Source: Chloroflexota bacterium
Lineage (GTDB): Bacteria > Chloroflexota > Dehalococcoidia > UBA2979
Direction of reading: 5' to 3'
Length of the DNA stretch: 56,101 bases
Assembly (NCBI GenBank): GCA_947470025.1
Contig: CANIRU010000004.1
Coordinates: forward strand, 1-56,101
The notes under the pieces were generated by a model that did not search any database, was not told where the DNA came from, and saw only the letters and a list, made by a program, of their open reading frames with translations. Both the position numbers and the translations under genes were made by a program. This document shows, piece by piece, positions 40,641-49,761 of the stretch (position 1 is its first letter; every line of letters begins with the position of its first letter).

Positions 40641-42118
40641 CTTCAATCACCCCGGCCCGCGTGCGCTATGCGCCGAGCCCAACCGGCGACCCGCACATCG
40701 GCAACATCCGCACCGCCATCTGGACGTGGCTCTACGCCCGCCACACCGGTGGCCAGTTCATAGTGCGCCTCGAAGACACCGACCAGACGCGCGAGGTGCC
40801 CGGTTCGCTGGAGCGCATCCTCGGCTCGCTGGAGTGGCTCGGCCTGACGTGGGACGAGGGCCCCGACATCGGCGGGCCGTACGCGCCGTACGTGCAGTCG
40901 CAGCGCCTCGACCTCTACCACGCGGCGACCGACCGGTTGCTCGCCGAGGGCAACGCGTACCGCTGCTTCTGCACCCCCGAAGAGCTCGATGAGATGCGCA
41001 AACGCCAGCAGGCGGAGAAGCGCGCCCCGGGCTACGAAGGCCGCTGCCGCGACATCCCGAGCGAGATCGCCGAGGCACGCGCCCTCGACGAGCACTTCGT
41101 CGTGCGCTTCAAGGTGCCACGCGAGGGCTCGACCACCGTCGAAGACCTACTGCGTGGGCCGGTGACCGTGGAGAACCGCACGCTGGACGACTTCGTGATC
41201 CTGAAGTCGGACCGCTTCCCCACGTACCACCTCGCACACGTCGTGGACGACACGGCGATGAAGATCACGCACGTCACGCGCGGCGACGAGTGGCTGCCGT
41301 CCGCGCCTCGACACGCGTTACTGTTCGACGCCCTCAGGTACCCGCGCCCGATGTACGTGCACAACCCGGTGATCCTCGCGCCCGGCGGCGGCAAGCTCTC
41401 CAAGCGCCACGGCGCGAAGTCCGCGCTCGAATACGCCGAGGACGGCTACCTGCCCGACGCGCTGCTGAACTTCCTGTGCATCACCGGCTGGGGCCACGGC
41501 GACGAGACGGTGATGAGCCGCCAGCGCCTGATCGAGGTGTTCGACATCGGCAACATCAGCCTCGCCCCGGCGACGTTCGATGCCGAGCGGCTCAACTGGA
41601 TGAATGGCATGTACCTGCGCCAGATGCCGGAGCGCGAGCTGGCGGAGCTGTTCGCGCGCCGCCTCGAGATCGACCTGCCGGCCGACGTCCCGCGCCCCCT
41701 CGACCGCTCGTTCGTCGAGGAGTTCACGCCGCTCATCCGCGAGCGCATCGAACTGCTGACCGACGTGCTACCGCTCGTGGACTTCTACTACCAGTCCGAG
41801 GTGCCGACACCGCCCGTCGAGCAGTTCCTCACCAAGCGCTGGAAGGACCAGGCCACCGCCGCCGCGCACGCCCTCGGCGCTGCCGCGAGCGACCTCGACG
41901 CGATTGGCGAGTGGGACGCCGAAACGCTCGAGGCGACCCTGCGCGCAACCGCGACGCGGATCGATGCGAAGGCGGGTGACCTGTTCAGCCTCGTGCGGCT
42001 CGCGGTCACCGGGAAGTCCGTCACCCCGCCGCTGTTCGAGTCGATGGTGATCGTCGGCGTCGGCCCGTGCGTCGACCGTCTGCGTGCTGCCGAGGCGGCG
42101 ATCCGGGCGGTCGCCTAG
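40637..42118 (+). CDS. gltX: Glutamate--tRNA ligase
   Basis: RYAPSPTGDPHIG, RLEDTD, YVQSQR, THVTRGDEW, KLSKRHG. Confidence 0.96.
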   Translation: MTSITPARVRYAPSPTGDPHIGNIRTAIWTWLYARHTGGQFIVRLEDTDQTREVPGSLERILGSLEWLGLTWDEGPDIGGPYAPYVQSQRLDLYHAATDRLLAEGNAYRCFCTPEELDEMRKRQQAEKRAPGYEGRCRDIPSEIAEARALDEHFVVRFKVPREGSTTVEDLLRGPVTVENRTLDDFVILKSDRFPTYHLAHVVDDTAMKITHVTRGDEWLPSAPRHALLFDALRYPRPMYVHNPVILAPGGGKLSKRHGAKSALEYAEDGYLPDALLNFLCITGWGHGDETVMSRQRLIEVFDIGNISLAPATFDAERLNWMNGMYLRQMPERELAELFARRLEIDLPADVPRPLDRSFVEEFTPLIRERIELLTDVLPLVDFYYQSEVPTPPVEQFLTKRWKDQATAAAHALGAAASDLDAIGEWDAETLEATLRATATRIDAKAGDLFSLVRLAVTGKSVTPPLFESMVIVGVGPCVDRLRAAEAAIRAVA

Positions 42119-42191
42119 CGCCCCTGCCGAGGCACCTCTACGCGTCTCGTTCGACGCAAAACGAGGGGGCTTGGTACAATCGGAGCCTCGC

Positions 42192-42265
42192 TGGGGATTC
42201 GTCTAATGGTAGGACAGCGGACTCTGAATCCGTCAGTCGGGGTTCGAATCCCTGATCCCCAGCCA
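42192..42265 (+). tRNA. tRNA-Gln(CTG)
   Basis: TGGGGAT/ATCCCCA acceptor; GCGGA-CTCTGAA-TCCGT; CCA end; extended -10 TGGTACAAT at 42172-42180. Confidence 0.96.
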
Positions 42266-42277
42266 ATCTGATTCACC

Positions 42278-42303
42278 AAGCCCCTCACCCTGAGGGGCTT
42301 TCT
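42278..42303 (+). terminator. Intrinsic terminator after tRNA-Gln
   Basis: AAGCCCCTCA-ccc-TGAGGGGCTT-TCT. Confidence 0.75.
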
Positions 42304-42410
42304 GTTGTCAGACGTCGCCATCGTTATGTCGTTGGCTGTCCCCCCCGACGCGCCTACATTCCGCTTCCGACGCGCTACGCTGATACTCGACCGCACGAGG
42401 AGCACACGGC

Positions 42411-43316
42411 ATGCACGAGGCGCTACAGCTGTCCGGCGAGATCCCGTCGCTCCGGAACCCCGTGCTGCTCGCCGCCTTCAACGGCTTCACGGACGCCAAC
42501 GGCGGCGCAGTCGCGGCCGTCCGCTACCTCGCCGAGCAGTGGCATGCGACGCCTCTCGCCACGATCGACCCGGAGCGCTTCTACGACTTCACCGTGCAGC
42601 GCCCGCGCGTGCGCCTCGACCGTGGCGAGCGCGTGACGGACTGGCCGATGAACGCCTTCGCCGTCGCGAGCCCACCCGGCGCCGACCGTGACTTCGTGCT
42701 GTTCACGGGCATCGAGCCGCACCTGCGCTGGAAGACCTTCGTCGCGGCGATGGAGGACCTCCTGCGCGCGCTGCACTGCACCACCAGCGTGACGCTGGCC
42801 GCGCAGCCCGCGGCCGTGCCCCACACGCGCCCGCTCCCCGTCACCCTTTCCGCCTCGCATCCGGAGTTCGAGGACACGTTCGGCCTGAAGGCGCCCGCCT
42901 CGAGGTACCAGGGGCCGACCGGCATCGTCGGGGTGCTGAACCTGCACCTGCGCGCGCTGGGCTGGAAGAACGCCAGCCTCTGGGCGATGACGCCGCACTA
43001 CCTGACTGTCGGCCCCAACCCGAACGTCGGTGTGTCCCTGGTCGACCGCATCGACCACGCTTTCGGTACGACCACCTCCCGCGTGGGCCTCGACGAGCAG
43101 AGCGTGCTGTTCGAGGATCAGGTACGCGAAGCCCTCGAGGATTCCGCGGACGCCGGCACCTACGTCCGCCAGCTCGAAGAGCAGTACGACACCGAACGCC
43201 CCGCCCGGGCTGCTTCGACGCAGCCCGCCGACGACGCCGACGACCTCCCGTCCCCGGGCGACCTCCTCGATGACCTCGAACGGTTCCTGCGCGACCAGCA
43301 GAAGCCGAACCAGTAG
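42411..43316 (+). CDS. PAC2 (proteasome assembly chaperone-like) family protein
   Basis: AAFNGFTDA, IDPERFYDFTVQRP, GIEPHLRW, VPHTRP, YQGPTGIVGVL, LWAMTPHY, YVRQLEEQYD, LERFLR. Confidence 0.9.
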   Translation: MHEALQLSGEIPSLRNPVLLAAFNGFTDANGGAVAAVRYLAEQWHATPLATIDPERFYDFTVQRPRVRLDRGERVTDWPMNAFAVASPPGADRDFVLFTGIEPHLRWKTFVAAMEDLLRALHCTTSVTLAAQPAAVPHTRPLPVTLSASHPEFEDTFGLKAPASRYQGPTGIVGVLNLHLRALGWKNASLWAMTPHYLTVGPNPNVGVSLVDRIDHAFGTTTSRVGLDEQSVLFEDQVREALEDSADAGTYVRQLEEQYDTERPARAASTQPADDADDLPSPGDLLDDLERFLRDQQKPNQ

Positions 43317-43351
43317 CGCCTCCGCCTCTCCCGGTCCGTTCTGTCTTCCGG

Positions 43352-43388
43352 CCCCCTCCCCCGTTGCGGGGGAGGGCTGGGGTGGGGG
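43352..43388. repeat. REP-like palindromic element between convergent genes
   Basis: CCCTCCCCCG-ttg-CGGGGGAGGG followed by CTGGGGTGGGGG; only one copy seen in the window. Confidence 0.5.
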
Positions 43389-43400
43389 CCTCCGGCTCCC

Positions 43401-44306
43401 CTACCTCGCCACCGTCAGCACCACAAACGCCACGACCGCGAAGATCACCACTGTCAGCAGCAACACCGGGTCGCGCGCGATCAACTCGTCGGCGTTGCGT
43501 GACGGCGCACGCATCGCGGCGACGCGGTAGCGCACGAGGCCGAACGCGACCAGCGGCACGGTGACCAGCATCGCGTGGTTCGCCGGCAGGTTCGGCGCTG
43601 TCCACGTGTACATCGCGTAGGCGACCACCGTGACCAGCGCGACCACGCGCGACGCGCGCGCAGCCCCCGACTCGCCGTAGACGCGCTGCGCCGCACGATG
43701 CTCGTCCGCCTCGTCGTGCAGCAGCTGCCGCTCCTGGGCGCGCTTCACCAGCACCACGTACGCCGCGCCAAGCGCCGTGCACACGAGGATCCACGAGGAC
43801 ACCGACATGTTGATGGCCTCGGCGCCCGCGACCACGCGCAGGACGAACCCCGTCGCTACGGCCACGACATCGAGGCCCGCGAAGCGCCGCAGCACGAGCG
43901 TGTACGCCATCGTGACGAGCGCGTACGCGCCGATCGTGGTGAACAGGGGCGTGCTGACGTACACCGCGACTACGAGCGCCGCGAAGATCAGCCCAAGACC
44001 TGCCGCAATGGCGCCGTCGATCGGCAGCAGGCCGGCGGCGATCGGGCGGTCCTGCTTCGTCGGGTGCAGGCGGTCCGCGCCGGCATCGCGCGCGTCGTTG
44101 AGCAGGTACCCACCCGAGGCCGCGAGGCACAGCAGCGCGAACGCGAGCGACGCCCCACCGAACAGCCGCACCGCCAGCGCGCCGTCCGAGGGATCCCAGC
44201 CGCTGCCGGCCGAGAACAGCAAGGGCGCGAACGCGATGAGGTTCTTTTGCCACTGGCCGGGGCGCATGGAGCGCCACAGGGCGGCCCACACGTTCTGCGA
44301 CGTCAT
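43401..44306 (-). CDS. UbiA-family prenyltransferase, decaprenyl-phosphate phosphoribosyltransferase-like
   Basis: MRPGQWQKNL, YLLNDARDAGADRLHPTKQDRPIAAG, GFVLRVVAG, KRAQE; divergent from DprE1/DprE2-like genes. Confidence 0.88.
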   Translation of the reverse strand: MTSQNVWAALWRSMRPGQWQKNLIAFAPLLFSAGSGWDPSDGALAVRLFGGASLAFALLCLAASGGYLLNDARDAGADRLHPTKQDRPIAAGLLPIDGAIAAGLGLIFAALVVAVYVSTPLFTTIGAYALVTMAYTLVLRRFAGLDVVAVATGFVLRVVAGAEAINMSVSSWILVCTALGAAYVVLVKRAQERQLLHDEADEHRAAQRVYGESGAARASRVVALVTVVAYAMYTWTAPNLPANHAMLVTVPLVAFGLVRYRVAAMRAPSRNADELIARDPVLLLTVVIFAVVAFVVLTVAR

Positions 44307-44411
44307 CGGCTCTCCCGGGATCTTCGCCACGCCACGTCCCAGCGGCACGCCGAGCGTACCCCGTGACGCGACCACGCGCCGCGACCTACCGTGGAGGCAC
44401 AGGAGCACTCG

Positions 44412-45809
44412 ATGTCCACCGGCGATCCCTCGAACGGCACGCGACGCCGCCTCACCGGCTGGGGCGGCACCGCGCCATCCGTCGCCACGGTCGTCCATCC
44501 CGCGACGCGCGGCGATGCACGCGCGGCGTTCGAGGCAGCCGGGCCGCGTGGCCTGATCGCACGCGGCCTTGGGCGCGCCTACGGGGACGCCGCGCAGAAC
44601 GGGGGGGGCATGGTCCTCGCGACGGCTGGCCTCAATGGCACCGCCCTCACCGCCATCGGCCCGATCGACGGCCCCCGCGCCACGATCACCGTGGGTGGGG
44701 GCGCGAGCCTCGAGGCGATCCAGCGCGCGGTACTACGCACGGGGTGGAGCCTGCCGGTGCTCCCCGGCACCCGCCACGTCACCATCGGCGGCGCGATCGC
44801 CTCGGATGTCCACGGCAAGAACCACCACGTCGACGGCTCGTTCGGCGCGCACGTCGAGGCGTTCACGCTCCAGCCGCCAGCGGGCGATCCCATCGTCGTC
44901 ACGCGTGCGTCGGACGCCGCCCTGTTCGAGGCGACGACCGGCGGCATGGGGCTCACCGGCGTCGTGCTGGCCGCCACCTTGCGGCTGATGAAGGTGGAGA
45001 CGCGCCTGATGCGCGTCCACAACCAGCGCACCGCCGACCTCGACGCGACGATGCGCGCGCTCGTCGAGGCGGACGCCACGCACCGCTACTCCGTCGCGTG
45101 GCTCGACCTCGCATCGACACGCGCCCGCGGTCGAGGCATCGTCACCGCCGCCGACCACGCCCGCGCCGCCGAGGCACCTGCCGTCGGACTGCTCGACGAG
45201 CCGTCGTTGTGGCGGGCCACGGTGCCACCCGTCGTGCCGATGAACCTTGTGCGGCGTGCAGGCGTGTCACTGTTCAACGCGGCGTGGTTCCGCCGCCCCC
45301 TGCCGTCCGAGGCCCTCGCACCGATCGAGTCGTACATGGCGCCCCTGGACGCCCTCGGCGCATGGAACCGGCTGTACGGCCCGCGCGGCCTCGTGCAGTA
45401 CCAGTGCGCGCTGCCAGCGGGCGAGGAGGCCGTGCTGCGCGCGATCGTCGAGGCGATCACGCACGCGCCGGCGGTGCCTGCGCTCTCCGTCCTCAAGCGA
45501 TTCGGGCCGGGCAACGGCGCGCCGCTGTCCTTCCCGATCGAGGGCTGGACGCTCGCCGTCGACTTTCCGGCGGGCGACCCCGCGCTCGGCGCCTCCCTCG
45601 ATACGCTGGACGAGCACGTCGCTGCCGCGGGGGGCCGCGTGTACTTCGCAAAGGACGCGCGGATGCGGGCGGAGATGGTGCCGCTGATGTACCCGCGAAT
45701 TGACGAGTGGCGCGCGACGCAGGCGCGGATCGACCCGGCCGGCGTGCTCACGTCCGACCTCGACCGGCGCCTGCACCTGACCGCCGCCAGCACGAGGAGC
45801 GCACGATGA
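44412..45809 (+). CDS. dprE1: DprE1-like FAD oxidase (decaprenylphosphoryl-ribose 2'-oxidase)
   Basis: LTGWG, ARGLGRAYGDAAQN, PGTRHVTIGGAIASDVHGKNHH, YSVAWLD, WNRLYGPRG..QYQ, GWTLAVDFP, GGRVYFAKD. Confidence 0.88.
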   Translation: MSTGDPSNGTRRRLTGWGGTAPSVATVVHPATRGDARAAFEAAGPRGLIARGLGRAYGDAAQNGGGMVLATAGLNGTALTAIGPIDGPRATITVGGGASLEAIQRAVLRTGWSLPVLPGTRHVTIGGAIASDVHGKNHHVDGSFGAHVEAFTLQPPAGDPIVVTRASDAALFEATTGGMGLTGVVLAATLRLMKVETRLMRVHNQRTADLDATMRALVEADATHRYSVAWLDLASTRARGRGIVTAADHARAAEAPAVGLLDEPSLWRATVPPVVPMNLVRRAGVSLFNAAWFRRPLPSEALAPIESYMAPLDALGAWNRLYGPRGLVQYQCALPAGEEAVLRAIVEAITHAPAVPALSVLKRFGPGNGAPLSFPIEGWTLAVDFPAGDPALGASLDTLDEHVAAAGGRVYFAKDARMRAEMVPLMYPRIDEWRATQARIDPAGVLTSDLDRRLHLTAASTRSAR

Positions 45810-46582
45810 CCGACGCGACGGGCCGCCCTCGTACCGTGCTCGTGCTCGGCGGCGGCTCCGACATCGGCCTCGCGATCACGCACGCGCTGGTTGGCCGAGG
45901 CGCGCGGGGCGTCGTCCTCGCCGCACGCGACACGGCCCGCCTCGACGCCCCTGCCGCCGCCCTCCGCGCCGCGGGGGCCGCTGTCGAGACGATCGAGTTC
46001 GACGCAGAGCAGGTGGACACGCACGAGGATGTCGTCGCGCAGGCGTTCGAGCGCGCACGCGCGCTGACCGGCGACGTGGACATCGCGATCCTCGCCTTCG
46101 GTCTGCTCGACCAGGCGACGGTCCTCGAGGAGCCCCCGGCGACCGCCGGGCACGTGGCGATGGTGAACTTCGCCGGCGTCGTCTCCAGCGGCCTCGCCGT
46201 CGCGCAGCAGATGGCGGCGCAGGGGCATGGCACGATCGTCGTGCTGTCGTCGCTCGCCGGGCAGCGCGCGCGGCCATCGCTGCTGCCGTACGCAGCGGCG
46301 AAGGCCGGCGTGGACGCCTTCGGGGACGGCCTCGACGAGGCGCTCCTGGGCACGGGCGTCCGGGTGATGACAGTGCGGCCCGGCTGGGTGCGCAGCAAGA
46401 TGACGGCGGACCGGCGCTCGGCCCCCTTCGCCACCTCGACGGAGCGGGTCGCGAGCGATGTGCTGCGGGGGCTGGACCGAGGCTCGCGCGTAGTGTGGTC
46501 GCCGGGCGTGATCCGCCTCGTCGGCGCGATCATCCACTACCTGCCGCGCCCCCTCTTCCGCCTGCTGCTCGGATCGAGGTAG
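45806..46582 (+). CDS. dprE2: DprE2-like short-chain reductase
   Basis: DATGRPRTVLVLGGGSDIG, DVDIAILAFG, LSSLAG.RAR, YAAAKAG, VRPGWVRSKMT; ATGA-coupled to dprE1. Confidence 0.85.
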   Translation: MTDATGRPRTVLVLGGGSDIGLAITHALVGRGARGVVLAARDTARLDAPAAALRAAGAAVETIEFDAEQVDTHEDVVAQAFERARALTGDVDIAILAFGLLDQATVLEEPPATAGHVAMVNFAGVVSSGLAVAQQMAAQGHGTIVVLSSLAGQRARPSLLPYAAAKAGVDAFGDGLDEALLGTGVRVMTVRPGWVRSKMTADRRSAPFATSTERVASDVLRGLDRGSRVVWSPGVIRLVGAIIHYLPRPLFRLLLGSR

Positions 46583-46673
46583 TCTAGGAACCGGCACGAC
46601 AGGGACGTCCGAAAGACGTCACGGCCGGGGTTCCGCAACACGCGATCCATTGCTAGACTCTGTCGCAGGCCGC

Positions 46674-46749
46674 AGGAGTGTAGCTCAGTTGGCAGAGCGG
46701 CGGTCTCCAAAACCGTAGGTCGGGGGTTCGAGACCCTCCACTCCTGCCA
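46674..46749 (+). tRNA. tRNA-Trp(CCA)
   Basis: AGGAGTG/CACTCCT; GCGGT-CTCCAAA-ACCGT; CCA end. Confidence 0.96.
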
Positions 46750-46766
46750 GCCAGTTTGAAGTCGGC

Positions 46767-46853
46767 GCCCAGGTGGTGAAATCGGCAGACACGCTGTCTT
46801 GAGGGGGCAGTGCCCTTACGGGCGTATGAGTTCAAATCTCATTCTGGGCACCA
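46767..46853 (+). tRNA. tRNA-Leu(GAG)
   Basis: GCCCAGG/TCTGGGC; CTGTC-TTGAGGG-GGCAG; long variable arm; CCA end. Confidence 0.95.
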
Positions 46854-46896
46854 ACCTCCGCACACCATGCGGTGTGCGATATGAGGGGGTCGTCGG

Positions 46897-46971
46897 GCGG
46901 AAGTAGCTCAGTGGTAGAGCACGTCCTTGCCAAGGACGGGGTCGCGAGTTCGAGCCTCGTCTTCCGCTCCA
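46897..46971 (+). tRNA. tRNA-Gly(GCC)
   Basis: GCGGAAG/CTTCCGC; CGTCC-TTGCCAA-GGACG; CCA end. Confidence 0.96.
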
Positions 46972-47038
46972 TTCTCCTCTCCCCTCACCCCCACGAGGCC
47001 CCCGAGCCACCGGCCTCGGATCGGCACTCGGACGTCGG

Positions 47039-47112
<74 letters not shown>

Positions 47113-47141
47113 ACAACTGACCTAAGTCGTTCCCGCGCCCG

Positions 47142-47261
47142 CTCCACCGCGAGCTCGACGCCGCGGTGTTCGCCGCCTACGGCTGGCCGGAGCCGCCCGA
47201 CGCGCTGGACGACGACACCATGCTCGCGCGCCTGTTGGCGCTGAACCTCGAACGTGCGGGA
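47142..47261 (+). pseudogene. C-terminal remnant of an MmeI-like (Type IIL/IIG) restriction-modification protein
   Basis: Translates as LHRELDAAVFAAYGWPEPPDALDDDTMLARLLALNLERAG; in-frame TGA at 47118, so no N-terminus. Confidence 0.75.
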
Positions 47262-47332
47262 AGTAGCACGCCTCCGGGCGCCAGCCCGCATCGCGTGCCG
47301 CACAAGGTTCGCCGTACGATGACCTCGACCGA

Positions 47333-47418
47333 GCCGGGGTGGCGAAATGGCAGACGCAGCGGGCTTAAACCCCGCGGCTCGAAAGAGCGTGAGGGTTCGA
47401 CCCCCTCTCCCGGCACCA
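47333..47418 (+). tRNA. tRNA-Leu(TAA)
   Basis: GCCGGGG/TCCCGGC; GCGGG-CTTAAAC-CCCGC; long variable arm; CCA end. Confidence 0.95.
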
Positions 47419-47572
47419 TCGCAACGACGGGGGACTGCGGCCACTCTGCCGAGCGCCGGGTTCGTGAGGAACCCGATCGTCCCCATCGGCCACGGCTCGC
47501 CCGAAAGACTTACTATCCACCCGGGCCGCCGATGTCATCGCCCTCGGCCCTCGAGAGATTGGGGACTCCGTC

Positions 47573-48733
47573 TTGCCCAACCCCACCCGCATGAAGTTTG
47601 GCATCTTCCTCGCCCCGTTCCACAGCCTGGGCGAGAACCCGACGCTGGCGATCCATCGTGACCTCGAGCTGATCGAGTGGCTCGACCAGCTGGGATACGA
47701 CGAGGCGTGGGTGGGCGAGCACCACAGCGCCGGCTGGGAACTGATCGCCTCGCCCGAGGTCTTCATCGCGGCCGCCGCCGAACGCACGAAGCACATCAGG
47801 CTCGGCACGGGCGTCTCCTCGCTCCCGTACCACCACCCGCTCATCCTCGCGGACCGCATCATCCTGCTTGACCACCTCACGCGTGGGCGCGTCATGTTCG
47901 GAGTCGGTCCCGGTGCGCTGTCCTCGGACGCCGCGATGCTCGGCATCGAGGCGGTGACGCAGCGCCCGCGCATGGCGGAGGCGTTGGACGTGATCCTGCG
48001 CCTGTTCACCGAGGTCGATCCAATCTCGGTGGAGACGGACTGGTTCGTGATGCGCAACGCGCGGCTCCAGCTCCGCCCGTACAGCGATCCGCACCCCCTC
48101 GTCGCCGTCGCCGCCGTGCAGTCGCCCGCGGGGATGCAACTCGCCGGCAAGCACGGCGCGGCCGTCCTGACGCTCGCCCTGCCTCGAGGTGAGAAGCGGG
48201 AGTCCGCGCTCAAGGAGTACTGGGCGATCGCGGAGGAATCCGCCGCGCTGCACGGCCAGACCATGGACCGCAGCCAGTGGCGCATCGTGATCCACTGCCA
48301 CCTCGCGGAGACCCGCGAGGAGGCGTTCGCCCAGACGCGAGTGAAGGCCGGTCAGTACCAGCGCGGCTACTTCACCGAGACGCTGGCGCACGACGACCCC
48401 GCGCCGGACCTGGCGCCCGAGGACATCCTGCCGGAGCTGGTGAACCGCGGCTCGTGGTGCGTCGGCACGCCTGACGATCTCATCGAGTTCATCGAGATGC
48501 TGCAAGAGCGCAGCGGCGGCTTCGGCGGCCTGATGATCCAGGCGGTCGAATGGGCCGACCGCGACGCCGTCCGCAAGAGTTACGAACTGCTCGCGCGCTA
48601 CGTCATGCCGAGGTTCCAGGGCGCGCTCGTGGGGCTTGAGGCGTCTCAGCGCGACGCCAGCGCGGACGCAAAGGTGCTGCGCGCGAAGTTCAACGAGGCG
48701 ATCGAGCGCGCCCGGCAGGAACCTGCCCGTTAG
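47573..48733 (+). CDS. LLM-class (luciferase-like) flavin-dependent monooxygenase
   Basis: MKFGIFLAPFH, GYDEAWVGEHHS, IRLGTGVSSLPYHHP, LDHLTRGR..GVGPG, VGTPDD, SYELLARYVMP; start may be ATG 47591. Confidence 0.92.
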   Translation: MPNPTRMKFGIFLAPFHSLGENPTLAIHRDLELIEWLDQLGYDEAWVGEHHSAGWELIASPEVFIAAAAERTKHIRLGTGVSSLPYHHPLILADRIILLDHLTRGRVMFGVGPGALSSDAAMLGIEAVTQRPRMAEALDVILRLFTEVDPISVETDWFVMRNARLQLRPYSDPHPLVAVAAVQSPAGMQLAGKHGAAVLTLALPRGEKRESALKEYWAIAEESAALHGQTMDRSQWRIVIHCHLAETREEAFAQTRVKAGQYQRGYFTETLAHDDPAPDLAPEDILPELVNRGSWCVGTPDDLIEFIEMLQERSGGFGGLMIQAVEWADRDAVRKSYELLARYVMPRFQGALVGLEASQRDASADAKVLRAKFNEAIERARQEPAR

Positions 48734-48793
48734 CGACCAACAACAACCGGAAAACGGCGCCGTCGGGGACGGTGTGGGATGGGGGGCTCTCAC

Positions 48794-49705
48794 ATGAAGA
48801 TCGAAGACAACCGCGGCATCTCGGACCTCCTCGTCGGCGAGGCGCAGCAGCTCTGCACCGGGTTCGGGTTCCTCGAAGGCCCCGTGTGGGTGGCCTCGGA
48901 CAACGCGCTGCTGTTTAGCGACATCCCCAACGACCGTTCCTACCGCTGGCGTCCCGGCACGACGGTCGCCGAGGTGTTCCGCGAGCCCAGCGGCATGTCG
49001 AACGCGAACACCCTCGACGCCGAGGGCAACGTGGTGATCTGCGAGCACGCCGGACGGCGCGTCTCGCGCGCCTCGTACGACGCGCCGAACGAGGCGGTCA
49101 CACTCGCCGGGGAGTGGGAGGGCCAGCGACTCAACAGCCCGAACGACCTCGTCGTCCACTCGTCGGGGTCGATCTTCTTCACGGACCCGAACTTCGGATG
49201 CAACCAGGCGCGCGTGCCCCTCCTCGGGTACAAGGGACAGACGCAGGAGCTGACCTACCAGGGCGTGTACCGCATCGACCCGGACGGCTCGTTGCACCGC
49301 CTGGTGATGCAGGGCTTCTACCAGCCGAACGGCCTCGTCTTCACGCCCGACGAATCGGCGCTGTACATCAACGACTCCGCGAACCGGATCATCTGGCGCT
49401 TCGAGATGAACTCTGATCTCACGCTCGGCAAGCGCACCTTGTTTGTCGACCAGCACGGCGACCCACGTCCGGGCAACCCGGACGGCATGAAGGTCGACAC
49501 CGAGGGTCGCCTCTGGACGACGGGCGCCGGCGGCGTCTCGGCACACACGGCCAAGGGCGAGTACCTCGGCGTGTTCGAGACCGACACGCACGCCGCGAAC
49601 CTCGCGTTCGGGGGCGACGCGTTCTCGACGCTCTTCCTGACCGCGGGCACCACCGTCTGGAGCGTGGAGACCGCCGTCACGGGAATCGGGCCGGGGTCGC
49701 GCTAG
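48794..49705 (+). CDS. SMP-30/gluconolactonase family protein
   Basis: GFGFLEGPVW, FSDIP, LNSPNDL, FTDP, QPNGLVF, PDGMKVDTEG, ANLAFGG. Confidence 0.92.
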   Translation: MKIEDNRGISDLLVGEAQQLCTGFGFLEGPVWVASDNALLFSDIPNDRSYRWRPGTTVAEVFREPSGMSNANTLDAEGNVVICEHAGRRVSRASYDAPNEAVTLAGEWEGQRLNSPNDLVVHSSGSIFFTDPNFGCNQARVPLLGYKGQTQELTYQGVYRIDPDGSLHRLVMQGFYQPNGLVFTPDESALYINDSANRIIWRFEMNSDLTLGKRTLFVDQHGDPRPGNPDGMKVDTEGRLWTTGAGGVSAHTAKGEYLGVFETDTHAANLAFGGDAFSTLFLTAGTTVWSVETAVTGIGPGSR

Positions 49706-49761
49706 CATGCCCGCAGCGGGAAGAGGGGTTGTCCCCTTCCCCGACGCGAGCAGCATCGCCG

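Noticed and set aside
46859-46878. Hairpin CGCACACC-atgc-GGTGTGCG between tRNA-Leu and tRNA-Gly
   Set aside because: Ordinary spacer structure without a U-tract; nothing suggests a separate RNA.
49717-49743. Imperfect hairpin between convergent lactonase and CoA-transferase genes
   Set aside because: Probably a simple terminator-like structure; too weak to call.
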